NCBI GenBank assembly: GCA_964393515.1
Contig: CAYMTY010000006.1
Coordinates: forward strand, 38,334 to 102,333
Length of the DNA: 64,000 nucleotides
Reading direction: 5' to 3'
Origin: an uncultured Verrucomicrobiota bacterium
GTDB lineage: Bacteria > Verrucomicrobiota > Kiritimatiellia > CAIQIC01 > Lenti-01
Part shown: positions 45,009 to 56,700 of the stretch, piece after piece
Position numbering within the stretch: the stretch's first letter is position 1
Layout: each line of letters opens with the position of its first letter
Notes under the pieces: model-generated
Database searches by the model: none
Told to the model about the DNA's origin: nothing
Seen by the model: only the letters and a program-made list of their open reading frames with translations
Translations under genes and position numbers: made by a program

Positions 45009-47278
45009 TTTCCGCCTGGCCGCGTTCCGGTTCCCAGCGCTGGCTTCTGTCCGGGCTGGCCGCCGGGCTGGTCTTCGGCGCCTGCTGCGCCGTCGGTTAC
45101 CGCACCAACCGCCATCTGCGCACCGACCTCCTCCGCGAAGCCCGCATCGCTGCCCGCGCGCTCAATCCCGACCGCATCCGCGCGCTGGGCGGCCGCCCTG
45201 CCGATATCGCCCACCCCGACTACCGCCGGCTCAAGGACCAGCTCGCCTCCATTTGCGCGGCCAGCCCCAACTACCGGTTCGTCTATCTCCTGGCCATCGA
45301 CTCCAACCGCACCGTCCGGATCCTCGTGGACAGCGAGCCCGCAACCTCCGCGGCCTATTCGCCCCCCGGCGAGGTTTTCACCAACGCCCTTCCGGCGGAA
45401 ATCGCGAAGTTCCGCGCCCGCCGGGAATTCGTCGGCGGACCGGGTTCGGACCGTTGGGGCACGTGGGTCACCGCCTTCGTCCCGCTGCCCGGCGCGAACG
45501 CCGCGGGCGACGTCGTGCTCGGCCTCGATGTCGATGCACGCGACTGGACCCGCACCATCCTGTTCCGGGCCGCCCTGCCCGCCGCGCTGGCCGGAGCGGC
45601 CATCCTGCTCGCATTCGCCGTCTATCTCCTCCAGCGCAACCGGCGGGCCCTCTACGTTCGGCAGGCCAAGCTGACCGAAACCTCGGCGCGCTTCGCCCAA
45701 ATCGCCGCCCAAAGCCGCACCTTCGTTTGGGAAACCGATGCGGACGGCCGGTTCACCCACGCCAGCGCCGTCGCACAACCCCTCTTCGGTTACGGTCCGG
45801 CCGACCTCGTCGGCCGCCGCCAGCTGACCGATCTGCGCGCCGTTTCCGGGCGGGCCGCCTTTGCGGACGCCCTCGCCCGGGCCGCGGCCGGCCAGCCCCT
45901 CATCGATTTTGAAAACGAAGCCCGCACTGCCGACGACCGAACCCTCTGGCTCGCCACCAACGCCGTCGCCCTGATCGGCTCCAGCGGCGACGTCCGTGGC
46001 TATCGCGGCAGCGACCTCGACGTCACCGCCCGGAAACTTGCGGAAGATGCCTTGCGCACCAGCGAACAAAAATGGCGGACCGTCTTCGATTCGCTCGGCG
46101 AGGCCGCCGTCCTCGCCGAATGGATCCGCGACGACCACGGCCGGCGCGCCGACTATCGCCTGACCGACGGCAACGAAACCCTCGACCGCCTCCTCGGCAA
46201 GCCCAAGTCCGCCTGGCTCGGCCTCCCGGCCACCCAACTGTTCGGACTGCCCGACCCGCCCTTCTTCGCCGAATTCACCAATATGGCCGAAACCGGCCGG
46301 CCCAGCCACTTCGAGTCGCACTTCGAACCCCTCGACCGGCATTTTTGGGTGTCCGCCGTGCCCCTCGACGCCAACCGGTTCATTGTCGTCGCCATGGACA
46401 TTTCCGACCGCATCCGGTCCGAAGACCGCATCCGCGCCCTGCTGGCCGAAAGCGACCGCGCCCGGCGGACCCTCCTCAGTCTCCTGGAGGACGAACAGCG
46501 CATCCGCGAACGCCTCCAGCAGCATGTCGCCGACCTCAACCGCGCCCAGGCCGCTCTCATGCGTTCCGAAAAACTCGCCGCGCTCGGCCAGCTCGTCTCC
46601 GAAGTCGCCCACGAAATCAGCAATCCCCTGATGATTATTTCCTGCAATGCCCAGATCGCCCGGTTGCCCCAGATCGGCCCAGAAGAAACCGCGGCCAAGC
46701 TCCGCATCGTCGCCGAGGAATGCCAGCGCGCCAAAACCATCCTTCGGCGCCTGTTGCGCTTCAGCAGCCCCGGCCGCGGCCGCCCCCAGCGCCTTGACCC
46801 GGCCGCCTGTCTCGAAGCCGTTGCCGCCATGCTAGAACCCCAGCTCAAATGGGCCCGCATCGACATCCTCCGCAACTACGCCCCCGGCCTGCCCCCCGTC
46901 GATGCCGACGAATCGCAGTTGCAGGAGGTCTTCATGAACCTGATCAACAACGCCAAGGACGCCATGCCCGACGGCGGCACCCTCACCCTCGCCGCCGCCC
47001 TTGCCGGGGACCGCGTCCGCCTCGGCTTCCGCGACACCGGCCTCGGCATCGCTCCCGAAGCCCAGGCCTCCCTCTTCAAGCCTTTCTTCACCACCAAGGA
47101 CGACGGCACCGGCCTCGGCATGACCATCTGCCAGAGCATCGTGAAAGCCCACGGCGGCGAAATTTCCTTCGAAAGCCGGCTTGGCGCCGGCACCGAGTTC
47201 GCCGTATATTTGCCCTGCGCGGCCTCCCCGGCCGCCGCCCACCCCGGAGAACCAGCGCCATGCCCATCCAAATCCTGA
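45005..47278 (+). CDS. Membrane sensor histidine kinase: periplasmic domain, PAS domains, HisKA and HATPase.
   Basis: GTG start overlapping the upstream stop. Two TM segments flank a roughly 250-aa extracytoplasmic region. H-box VAHEISNPLMII and G-box GTGLGMTICQSIV. Confidence 0.75.
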   Translation: MISAWPRSGSQRWLLSGLAAGLVFGACCAVGYRTNRHLRTDLLREARIAARALNPDRIRALGGRPADIAHPDYRRLKDQLASICAASPNYRFVYLLAIDSNRTVRILVDSEPATSAAYSPPGEVFTNALPAEIAKFRARREFVGGPGSDRWGTWVTAFVPLPGANAAGDVVLGLDVDARDWTRTILFRAALPAALAGAAILLAFAVYLLQRNRRALYVRQAKLTETSARFAQIAAQSRTFVWETDADGRFTHASAVAQPLFGYGPADLVGRRQLTDLRAVSGRAAFADALARAAAGQPLIDFENEARTADDRTLWLATNAVALIGSSGDVRGYRGSDLDVTARKLAEDALRTSEQKWRTVFDSLGEAAVLAEWIRDDHGRRADYRLTDGNETLDRLLGKPKSAWLGLPATQLFGLPDPPFFAEFTNMAETGRPSHFESHFEPLDRHFWVSAVPLDANRFIVVAMDISDRIRSEDRIRALLAESDRARRTLLSLLEDEQRIRERLQQHVADLNRAQAALMRSEKLAALGQLVSEVAHEISNPLMIISCNAQIARLPQIGPEETAAKLRIVAEECQRAKTILRRLLRFSSPGRGRPQRLDPAACLEAVAAMLEPQLKWARIDILRNYAPGLPPVDADESQLQEVFMNLINNAKDAMPDGGTLTLAAALAGDRVRLGFRDTGLGIAPEAQASLFKPFFTTKDDGTGLGMTICQSIVKAHGGEISFESRLGAGTEFAVYLPCAASPAAAHPGEPAPCPSKS

Positions 47279-47658
47279 TGATCGACGACGAACCGCGGCT
47301 GTGTGCGGCCGTCAAGCAGGGCCTCGAAATGAGCGGCGATTTCGCCGTGGAATACGCGACTTCCGGCAAGGAGGGCCTGCTGCTGGCCCGGCACAATCCG
47401 CCCGATCTCATTCTGCTGGACATCCGCATGCCCAAGATGGACGGCATCGACGTGCTGCGCGCACTTAAGGGAAAATATCCGCAATCGGAAATCCCCGTCA
47501 TCGTGCTGTCCGCCCTGATGGACGAACAAACCAAGCGGATCTGCGACTACGAATACGGCGAGGACTACATCGAAAAGCCGGTCGAGATCGAAGAACTCAA
47601 GGCCCGCATCGAAACCACCCTGATCCGCAACGGCAAACGCCGCCCGCCCCCGGCCTGA
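47262..47658 (+). CDS. Single-domain CheY-like response regulator.
   Basis: MPIQILMIDDEPRLCAAVKQGLE...LILLDIRMPKMDGIDVL...IEKP. Confidence 0.85.
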
Positions 47659-47674
47659 TCCGGCGCCCGGAGGC

Positions 47675-47717
47675 AGGCCGCGCTTGCCTTGCCGCCAGGC
47701 GGCCGCTAGGCTTGTCC
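47675..47717 (+). promoter_or_regulatory. Second copy of the leaderless-type promoter motif, upstream of SBP-HK2.
   Basis: CAGGCCGCGCTTGCCTtgccgccaggcggccgcTAGGCTtgtccATG has the same -35 hexamer, the same 17-nt spacer and the same 5-nt gap to the ATG as the copy at 40941. Confidence 0.3.
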
Positions 47718-50513
47718 ATGGTGCAGCCCGTGTCCACTTTGCCCCAGATCCGGCTCGGCCTGATGTGCCTGCTGGCGGCGGCCACCGCCGCCGCCGATCC
47801 CGGCCCGCGGGTCCGTGTGGGCATCTACCAGAACACGCCGAAAATCGGGCTGTCCCCGGAAGGCCGCCCCGCGGGCATCTTCGTCGATCTCATCGAGGCG
47901 ATCGCCCGGGCAGAGCATTGGACACTGGAATACGTGCCGGGCACCTGGAGCGAAGGCCTGGACCGGCTGGCGGCGGGCGAGATCGACCTCATGCCCGACG
48001 TGGCCCACTCCCCCGAGCGCGCGGAACGCTTCGTCTTCCACCACGAACCGGTGCTGTCGGACTGGTTCCAGATCTACGCGCGGCGCGGCAACGGCATCCG
48101 CTCCCTCCTGGACCTCCAGCAGCACCGGGTGGCCGTGCTCGACCAATCCATTCAGCAGGCCGCCTTCGAAAAGTTGGCCGCGGACCTGGAACTGCACGCG
48201 ACCCTCGTGCCCTTGCCGGACTTTTCCCGCGCATTCTCCGCCGTGGCCCGGGGAGAAGCCGACGCCGTAATCGCCAACCGCTTCTGGGGCGCCGCCCACC
48301 TCCGCCGTCGCTCGCCGATCGAAGACACCGGCATCATCTTCAACTCCACCCGCCTCTTCTTCGCCGCCCCCCGCGGCGGCGATCCGGCCCGCCTCCAGGC
48401 CATCGACCGCCATTTGGTGCAGATGAAGCAGGATCCCCAGTCCGTCTACTACCGCACCCTCCGCCGGTGGACGATCGAGGAACCGCTTTTCCGGCCGGCC
48501 GTCTGGCTCCAGTGGCTCGCGCTGGCCGCCGCCGTTTTGTTAACGCTTTCCCTGGCCTGGAACTTCGCCTTGCGGCGCCGGGTGGCCGCCCGCACCCGGG
48601 AACTTCAGTGCCGCAACGAGGAGAACACCCGCCTTCTGGACCAGGTGCGCGCCAGCGAAATCCGCTTCCGCTCCTACGTTGAAAACGCCAGCGATTTGGT
48701 CTTTACACTCTCCCCGGAAGGCATCTTCACCTATGTCTCTCCCAATTGGCGGGATTTCCTCGGCCATGAACCGCGGGAAGTCGTTGGCCGCCGGTACAGT
48801 GATTTCATCCACCCGGACGATCTGCCGGCCTGTCAGACCGCCCTGGCCGGCGCGCAGCAGGGCCTGAAGCAAAACAACGTCGAGTACCGGGCCCGGCATC
48901 AGGACGGCTCCTGGCGCTGGCATGCCAGTAGCGGAGCTTTCATCCGCGGGGCGGACGGGCGGCAGTTCTTCCTGGGCATCGCCCGCGACAACACCCACCG
49001 GAAACAAGCGGAAGAAAACCTGCGGTTCCATGCCCAACTGCTCGACAGCGTGCAGGAGGCGGTCGTCGCCTCGGACCTCGAGGGCCGCATCCTGTATTGG
49101 AGCCGGGGCGCGGAAAAAATGTACGGCTACGCCGCCACCGAGGTTTTGGGCAAGCCCTACCGGGACTTTGCCGGTCCCGTCGAGCCCCCGGACGAAACCG
49201 CGTTCCGGCAGGAAATCCTCGCGCGGGGCGCCTGGCGCGGCGAACATCTCCAGCAGGACCGGCACGGACACCGCTTCTGGACCTCCTCCTGCGTTTCGCT
49301 GGTTCTGGACAGCCAGGGCCGGCCCGCCGGTTTCATCGGCATCGACCGGGACATCAGTGAACGCAAGCAAGTCGATGCCGCGCTGCAGGAAAGCCAGCAG
49401 CGTTTCCTCCAGGTGGCGCAAACCGCGAAAGAATGGATTTGGGAAATGGATGCCGCGGGCGTGTATACCTACTCGAGCCCCGGGGTTGAAACCATTCTGG
49501 GTTACCGGCCGGAGGAACTGGTCGGCACAATGAATTTCCTCGATGTGATCGCCCCGGAAGCGCGGGAGCAAATCCGCCAATCCGCGGCCGCCCGGGCGGC
49601 GCGCAAGGAAGGCTTCCTCAAAAAGATCAATCCCGTCCTCCGCAAGGATGGCCGGAAGGCGCTCCTGGAAACCACCGGAATGCCCCTCCTGGATCCGGCG
49701 GGACGCTTGCTCGGCTACCGCGGCGTCGATACGGACGTGACCGAGCGTCATCATGCGGAGGCGGAGCGGGAACGGCTCCAAACCCAGTTGTTCCATGCCC
49801 AGAAGCTGGAATCGGTGGGCCGCCTGGCCGGCGGCCTGGCCCACGATTTCAACAATATCCTGGGCGCCATCCTGGGCTATTCCGAACTGCTGATCGCCGA
49901 TACCCCCGCCGATCATCCCCATCATGCCGACCTGCTGGAGATCCAGAAGATCGCCGAACGCGCCGCCAATCTCACCCGCCAGCTGCTGGCTTTCGCCAGC
50001 AAACAGACCATCCGGCCCCGGGCCCTCGATTTGAACGAGGCCGTAGCCAACCTGCTCAACATGCTGCGGCGCCTGGTCCGGATGGACATCGAACTGGAGT
50101 GGCGTCCGGCCCAAAACCTCCCGCTGGTGCGCATGGACCCCTCCCAACTGGATCAAATTCTCACCAACCTGTGCGTCAATGCCGACGATGCCATCGCCGG
50201 CCGCGGCCGGATCATCCTGGAAACCAGCCTGGCAACCTTGACCGCGGCCGATTGCGCCGGCTTGCCGAACCGGCACCCCGGCGAGTATGCCGTGCTTTCC
50301 GTGACGGATACCGGCCATGGCATGGATTCTGAAACCCTTGCCCGGATCTTCGAGCCCTTCTACACCACGAAGGAGCCCGGCAAGGGCACCGGCCTTGGCC
50401 TGCCGACCGTCTACGGCATCGTCCAGCAGAACCAGGGGTTCATCGAAGTGCAAAGTGCGGCCGGCCAGGGCACCGCGTTCCGCCTCTACTTCCCCCGGCA
50501 CGACAAGGCTTGA
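47718..50513 (+). CDS. Sensor histidine kinase paralogous to 40985..43198: SBP-like periplasmic domain, TM segment, multiple PAS domains, HisKA and HATPase.
   Basis: The N-terminal region is nearly identical to HK1 (CLLAAATAAADPGPRVRVGIYQNTPKIGLSPEGRP). H-box LAHDFNNILGAI and G-box GTGLGLPTVYGIV. Confidence 0.8.
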   Translation: MVQPVSTLPQIRLGLMCLLAAATAAADPGPRVRVGIYQNTPKIGLSPEGRPAGIFVDLIEAIARAEHWTLEYVPGTWSEGLDRLAAGEIDLMPDVAHSPERAERFVFHHEPVLSDWFQIYARRGNGIRSLLDLQQHRVAVLDQSIQQAAFEKLAADLELHATLVPLPDFSRAFSAVARGEADAVIANRFWGAAHLRRRSPIEDTGIIFNSTRLFFAAPRGGDPARLQAIDRHLVQMKQDPQSVYYRTLRRWTIEEPLFRPAVWLQWLALAAAVLLTLSLAWNFALRRRVAARTRELQCRNEENTRLLDQVRASEIRFRSYVENASDLVFTLSPEGIFTYVSPNWRDFLGHEPREVVGRRYSDFIHPDDLPACQTALAGAQQGLKQNNVEYRARHQDGSWRWHASSGAFIRGADGRQFFLGIARDNTHRKQAEENLRFHAQLLDSVQEAVVASDLEGRILYWSRGAEKMYGYAATEVLGKPYRDFAGPVEPPDETAFRQEILARGAWRGEHLQQDRHGHRFWTSSCVSLVLDSQGRPAGFIGIDRDISERKQVDAALQESQQRFLQVAQTAKEWIWEMDAAGVYTYSSPGVETILGYRPEELVGTMNFLDVIAPEAREQIRQSAAARAARKEGFLKKINPVLRKDGRKALLETTGMPLLDPAGRLLGYRGVDTDVTERHHAEAERERLQTQLFHAQKLESVGRLAGGLAHDFNNILGAILGYSELLIADTPADHPHHADLLEIQKIAERAANLTRQLLAFASKQTIRPRALDLNEAVANLLNMLRRLVRMDIELEWRPAQNLPLVRMDPSQLDQILTNLCVNADDAIAGRGRIILETSLATLTAADCAGLPNRHPGEYAVLSVTDTGHGMDSETLARIFEPFYTTKEPGKGTGLGLPTVYGIVQQNQGFIEVQSAAGQGTAFRLYFPRHDKA

Positions 50514-50606
50514 AGATTGCGTCCGTTTGCAGGCCCGCCCTCCGCGGCTGGCGTGTCTTCGCCCTCTTTATAGGCCAGCCCTTTGTGGCTGCGGGTTTTC
50601 TATTCC

Positions 50607-50647
50607 GCCCGGCGCTGAGGCCGGGCCTACATCCGATCCGGATTTTC
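50607..50647 (+). terminator. Candidate rho-independent terminator for the plus-strand kinase gene.
   Basis: GCCCGGCgctgagGCCGGGC is followed by ATCCGatcCGGATTTT. The second hairpin is followed by a T4 run. Confidence 0.35.
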
Positions 50648-50713
50648 CCTTCTGTCGGCCACCCCCTCTGCGGCTGGCATGTTCCCGATCCCGCCCCAGA
50701 GGCCCGCCTATAT

Positions 50714-53700
50714 TTATCTCCGCACCGCCAAGATTCCAACGAAGAGGCGCCGGGCATCCGGCCGGAAGATTCGAGTGTGCACGGTCTCCATCACCCCATC
50801 CGGATCCGGCGTCGCCCCGAGTTCCTGCAGGTCCGTGGAGCCGGGCTCCCAGGTCCGCAGATCTTCCGAAACGTAGAGGCGGTATTCGACATCGCTGCGC
50901 TGGATGCGGCGCCGCCAGCGCACCACAAACCCGGAATCCTCCCCATCCGCCTCGCCGGCGGCCGGTTCGACCGCGAGGACACCGTCGCCGGCCAGGGCGT
51001 AGGCAAAGAAGTTGCCGGCCGTCGGCCCGCTGATCTGCGGGTCGGCCAGTTCGGCCGGGGTGAACCGCTGCCAGCGCCACGTGGCGAAACCGGCATCCGC
51101 CGGCTGTCCGGACTGGTTGCCGGCGAGGCGCAGGGCGGGATCGCCAAGCAGGTTGTAGACGGCGAGCGTGTCTTGCGAGAAGACACTGTTTTGCACGGCG
51201 CGTTGCGCCTGCCGGATGGCCAGGCCCAGCGTGCCACAGCCCTCCTGGAACACGGCCCGGTAGAAAGCGGCCGCCAGGTCAACGGCGGGCGCATTGCGCG
51301 AGGCCCCGGACGGGCTCCAGACCGCCACCGCCCCGCCCTGCGCCCGCAGCAGCAGCGCTTCCCCGAGGTTCTGCACGGCCGGCATCTCGTAGCGTCCGGC
51401 AAAGCAGGTCAACGCAATCACCACCGGCTGCTGGCTGTTCACCATGGTCTGGACATCCGTGTCCTTCAACAGGTTCTTGGCGCTCCAGTTCTTGGCGCCG
51501 CCATGCCCCGTGTAGTGGATGAAGCCCGCGCCGTTCTTGAACCAGTTCAACAGCGTTGCCCGGCCTGCGGCGATGGCCATCTTGTTCAAATTGATCCGTT
51601 CCGGAACGGCCCGCGGCGGACGGGTCAGATCGGCCAGCCGTTCGCTGTCCGCGGCAAACGATCCGGCCGCCGGATCATCCGTGTCGTTGGCCAGCACAAA
51701 GTTGTCCTGCCACGCCGCGCCAAACTCGACCTCGAAAGCCCGGATCTTCTCGATCATTGCCGCCAGGTCGGCGGCGTTCCGCGCCGGCAGGCGCCCGACC
51801 GCGGCATCCGGGAGCCCGTCGCCATCCGTGTCCGCCAGCAGGCCGTCGGCCGCAAAGAGGCCGTCCTTTGTCGGCAGCAGCAGCGGCGGCAGGTGATTGA
51901 CCTCGTTGCTCTTCACCCCGAGATAGTCGTAGTGCCCGTTGCCCGCCAGCACCACCAGCCACGGCGCTTCGGCCCAGGTCGCTTGCGCATAGGCCAGCAG
52001 TTCGGGAATTGCCTCCGGCGTCCGCAGCCCGCCGGTCAGCAGGTCGCAGGCGTCTTCGAACACCGCCACGCCGGCCCGCAGCCCCTGGCCGGCCCGATAG
52101 TCCGCCAGCGCCTGTGCCGTCTCCGCCAGCGCCCGCGAGGAAACAATCAGGTAATCGATCCGGTTGTCCGCCGCGAGGAACCACGCGTCCGCCGCCGCCG
52201 GCTCGGGCACCAGCAGCGGCAGTTCTGCGGATTCCACCACGGCGAACCGTTCGTTTTCCCCGGCCGCCGCCCAGGCCTTTCCGGGCAGGGTACCGGTTTC
52301 GTCCGCGATCCAGGCCGGCCCACCGGAGTCCTCCAGCGCCACGGCCAGCGGCGCGGCATACGGCGCCGCCGAAACGCCGGCCGCCCCGCCCGCCCGGAAA
52401 TGGAGCGTCCCCGCCCCGGGCTCCAGCCGCCGGGCGTACGCCGCGGTGAATCCGTCCACCACGAAATTGCCGTACAGCCCGGTCGTCGGCAATGCCCCCC
52501 GCACCGTCAGCGTGTTGGCACCTTCCACCGCCACACCTTCCGGAAGCTCCAGCACCGCCTGCGCCGCCCGCTGGTCGTCGAACTCGAGCGAACCCGCAGC
52601 GACGCCGTTCACAAAGAACTCCGCCCGGTGATCCGGGATCCGATCCGTCCGCGTCCAGCCCAGCAGATCCACCGTCAGCGTCACGGGTCCGCCCGCAAAG
52701 CCTGTCAGGTCGAACGCAAAGTCCACCCGGTTTGCAGCCGGGTTCACCGACGCCGTCACCATCTTCCAGTAATACCAATCCGCTGGCCGTTCGAGCATCG
52801 TCGCGTTGCCGGTCGCCAGATCCTCCTCGAAGCGCACCTGCGCCGGGAAGACGGTTTCGGCCCCGGCCGCGCCCGGCTCCCGCCGCGCCATGGCCAAACC
52901 TTCGCCGCCTTCAATCAGGATCGCATTGTCCCGCGCGTACCAGTTGTCCGTGGGCCGCCCGTGAAACACCATGCGGCTGTTGACTGCATCGTAAACCACC
53001 GGCACCGCCGCGCCCTGCTCTGTGAAGGCCAGTTGGTTGGCCTCCGCTAGCGCCTGCACATCTTCAAGCGCCAGTCCCAGGCCGGCGGCAATGGCCTGCA
53101 GCGCCACGCCATAGAGGCCTTCCCGTTGGAAGAGGACCTTCAGCACCGGCGACGGCCCGGCCCGTTTCAAGGGGCGGACATCCACCGGAACCGCTTTCGC
53201 CGCCGGCGCGGCCTTCGGGGCGGGCGGAGGAACGACAAACCGGATTTCGTGCGTCCCGTGGTCCACTGTTCCGCCCGTCAGTTCCGCCTCTTCCAGCCGA
53301 TAGAAGCCGGTTGTGCCCGTTTCCGCCCCCGGGACGGCCAAGGCGTATTCTGCACTGTCCTCGCACATCGCCGCCAGCACCCAGTCTTCGTTCAGCCGGG
53401 TCTCCGCCCCCGTCTCCGGATCCACGCGGTACACTCGGAAGCCCGCCGTGTCCCATTCCGATGCCGTCCGCCAGGCCACAAAGCCGGCGTCTCCGCGCCA
53501 TTCGCCCCACACGTCGACCAGTTCGGCCCGGGTGGCTCCCAGGGGGGCCAGCCCCAGATCCAGCGTCAGGTTTGTTTGGCTGCCGGACAGGACGAAGTTG
53601 GTTGTCCAGGCATAGCCGCCGATGCCGCCGGCCGTCGCATCGCTGTCCAGAGCGGGATCCCCGCTTGCCAAGGCGGGCGCCAGGACCACATAGTTGGTAT

Positions 53701-56700
53701 CCAGGTTGCTCAGGTCGAACCGGAGGTAGTAGGTCCCCGGCACGAGGTTCTCAAAAAAGTACAACCCTGCCGCGGAAGTCATCTGCGCGGCCACGACCAT
53801 TCCGTTCGTGTCCATCAGCGCGACCGGAATGTCCGCCACGCCGTTGGTCTCGGTGGAGTTCTGGACGCCGTTGCCGTTGACATCGAGCCAGACCCGGTCA
53901 CCGACCGCGGCCCAGTCGGGATCCACCGGATTCTCGGCGGTATCGGTGCGGGGATTCGTCATTTGGTCGCTGGTGACCGAGGCGGAATTGACCAGCTGCG
54001 TCACCACGGCGGGCGCATTCACCGTCGCGGCGAACGTCAGGGTCGCGGATTCGCCGGGCATCAGCATCAGGCCGGAAACCAAATTCGGCGGCGCGCCGCC
54101 GGGCACCGCGGCCTGCACCCGGCGCTCGGTCTCGATCTGCACGTCGTCGATCCACAGGACGTCGGTTGCGTCCATCCCGGCGGGGCTCACGAAGCGGACG
54201 ACGGTCGCGGTGGAAATCCAAGCGCCGATGTCGTAGGAGAACTCCGAATAGGCCACATCCGTCGCCGCCCCGTTGAAGCGGCCGATTTCCGTGAACGTGC
54301 CGGCGGTGCCGTTGGAGGACATCTGCACCGCCACGTATTCGCCGGCTTCCAGACCATCGCGGCGATAATCGAAGCTGAGGGTGGCGCCGGACTTCCCGGA
54401 CAAATCGGCCTGCCGGGCCAGCGTCTGGCCGGCGCCGGCAAAGCGCAGGGTGAAGGTGGCGCCGCGCACGGTGTCGAACAGGACCTGGACGTTGCCGGCG
54501 GCGGGGCCGTCGCCTTCGCTCTCCACCCAGTTGGCGGACCAATTGGTCGTGCCGTTGTTGTTGCCGTAGTTGCGGGCGTTGAAGGAATCGAGGATCGTGG
54601 CATTGGTGGCGACCGGAGCCGTCGCGGCGATGCTGCCGGGCACGTAGGCGAGGCCGGCCGGCAAGACGTCCGTCACGTCCACGCCCGTTTGCGTCTGGGC
54701 GCTGTGGTTGGTCACGACGATGGTATAGGTCAGGGAATCTCCGGAACCGACGGTTCCGGAAGGATCGACCGACTTGAAGATATCCAGCGGCGCCTGGGTG
54801 GGATCCACCACCACCTCGGCCGAATCGTTTGCCGCATTCGTATCGATTTGGTCCGTCGCGGTGCGGGCGGCGACGTTGGTGAGGGCCGTCCCGGCCGTAT
54901 TGGTGTTCACGAGCGCCGTGATGGCCAGCGTCTCCACCTGCGACGCCGCCAGCGTGCCGACGTCCCAAAGGCCGGTGGCATCGTTGTAGGAACCCTGCGA
55001 AGGCACGGCCGACACGTAGGTCAGGCCGACGGGCAGTAGATCGGTCACCTCCACGCCCGTGGCTGCGTCCGGCCCGAAGTTCGTGACCGACACCGTGTAG
55101 ACCAACTGTTCCTTCTCGACCGGCACGATCGGATCCACCGACTTGCCCACGCCCACGTCCACGCCTTCCACCGCAACGACCGCCACGTCCTGGTTGTCGC
55201 CCGGCGTCGGATCGGCCTGGTCCAGCGCCGAAATCCGGGAGAGATTGGTGATCGCCGTGCCGGCGGTTCCGGCCTCCACGTCCGCCGAGAGCGTCAGGAT
55301 GGCCACGGCCCCCACCGCCAGCGTGCCGACGTCCCACAGGCCGGTGCCGTCATCGTAGGTGCCTTGCGAAGGCACGGCCGACACATAGATCAGCCCGTTG
55401 GTCAGCGGCTCGGCGACCTGCAGCCCGGTCGCCGCGATGGGGCCCTTGTTCGTGACCGTGATCGCATAGGTGACGCGATCGCCTTCCGCCGGATGGGTTT
55501 CATCCGCGGTCTTCACGAGCGCCAGATCGGTATAGGCCACCGGGTCCGCAACCGTGGCGGTCACGTTCGTGGAGGTCTGGTCGCTGGTGACGGAGACCGT
55601 GTTGACGATCTGGGTCGCGCCGCACGGATTGTCCACGGCGACCTCGAACGTCAGCGTCAGCACTTCGCCGGGGCGCAAGCTCCGATTCGTGGCCAGAACC
55701 GGCGGCCCGCCGCCGGAAACGGTGTTGGTCGTGAACGCCATGGCCTCCAGCTCGACGTTGTCGAAATAGCCGTAATCGCCGTTGTCCCAGTTGACGCTTT
55801 GGTTTTCGAACCGAACCGTCGTGTTGGTCGACATGAACGCGGTGACGTCGATCTCCGCGCTGCCGCTGGCGGATCCGCTGTAGGTGCCCACTTCGACGAA
55901 CGGGGCCGCCCCATTGGTCGAAACCAGCACCGAGACCGTCTGGCCGCCGGCGAGATTGACGGTCTGCCAGTCGTAGCGCAGGACCGCGCTGTCATAGCCC
56001 GACAGATCCGCCCCGCGCGAGGCCCACTCGTCGCCGACGTAGGCCCAGTGCAGGAACAATTGGCCGCCGGCGGTGACGCCGACGTAGTCCCCGACCGGGC
56101 CGGCGGTCCCCGCCGGGTCCCCTTCCTGCCAGTCCGCGTTCCAATCCAGCGAACCGTCGTTGTTGGTGTAGGCCTGGGCGTTGAACTCGTCCCGGACGTT
56201 GATGGTTGTCCAGTTGGGCCCGGTGACCTCGAGGCTGTCCGCGACGTAGGTGGTGCCGGAAGGCGCCAGATCCGTCACCACCAGGTTGGAGTGCGTCGAG
56301 GCGCCGGAATTGCTGACGATCATCGTGTAGACGACGTTGCTGCCCGGAACGGCATAGCCCGCCACGTCCGACGTCTTGGTCACGATCAGGGCGCTGACGT
56401 AGACGACCGCCGAGTCCTGGTCGTTGGCCGCGACCGGATCGGGCATGTCCGTGGCCGTGATGCGGCTCCAGTTGGTGATGGACGCGCCCTTGGTGCCCGC
56501 ATCCACGGTCGCGGCGATCCACAACGTCGCGGAGTCCCCCGCATCCAGATCGCCGACCGTCCAGAGGCCCGAGCCGCCGTCGTAGCTGCCCTGGCTGACG
56601 GCGTTCGAGACGTAGGTCACGCCGTTGGTCAGCGGCTCGCTCACCGCGACGCCCGTCGTGTCCGAAGGCCCGCGGTTGGAGACGACAATCGAATACAGCA

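Noticed and set aside
44239-45912. 557-aa plus-strand ORF in an alternative frame across the PAS-receiver and kinase genes.
   Set aside because: Pro/Arg/Ala-rich translation with no domains. The in-frame PAS and histidine-kinase motifs lie in the other frames.
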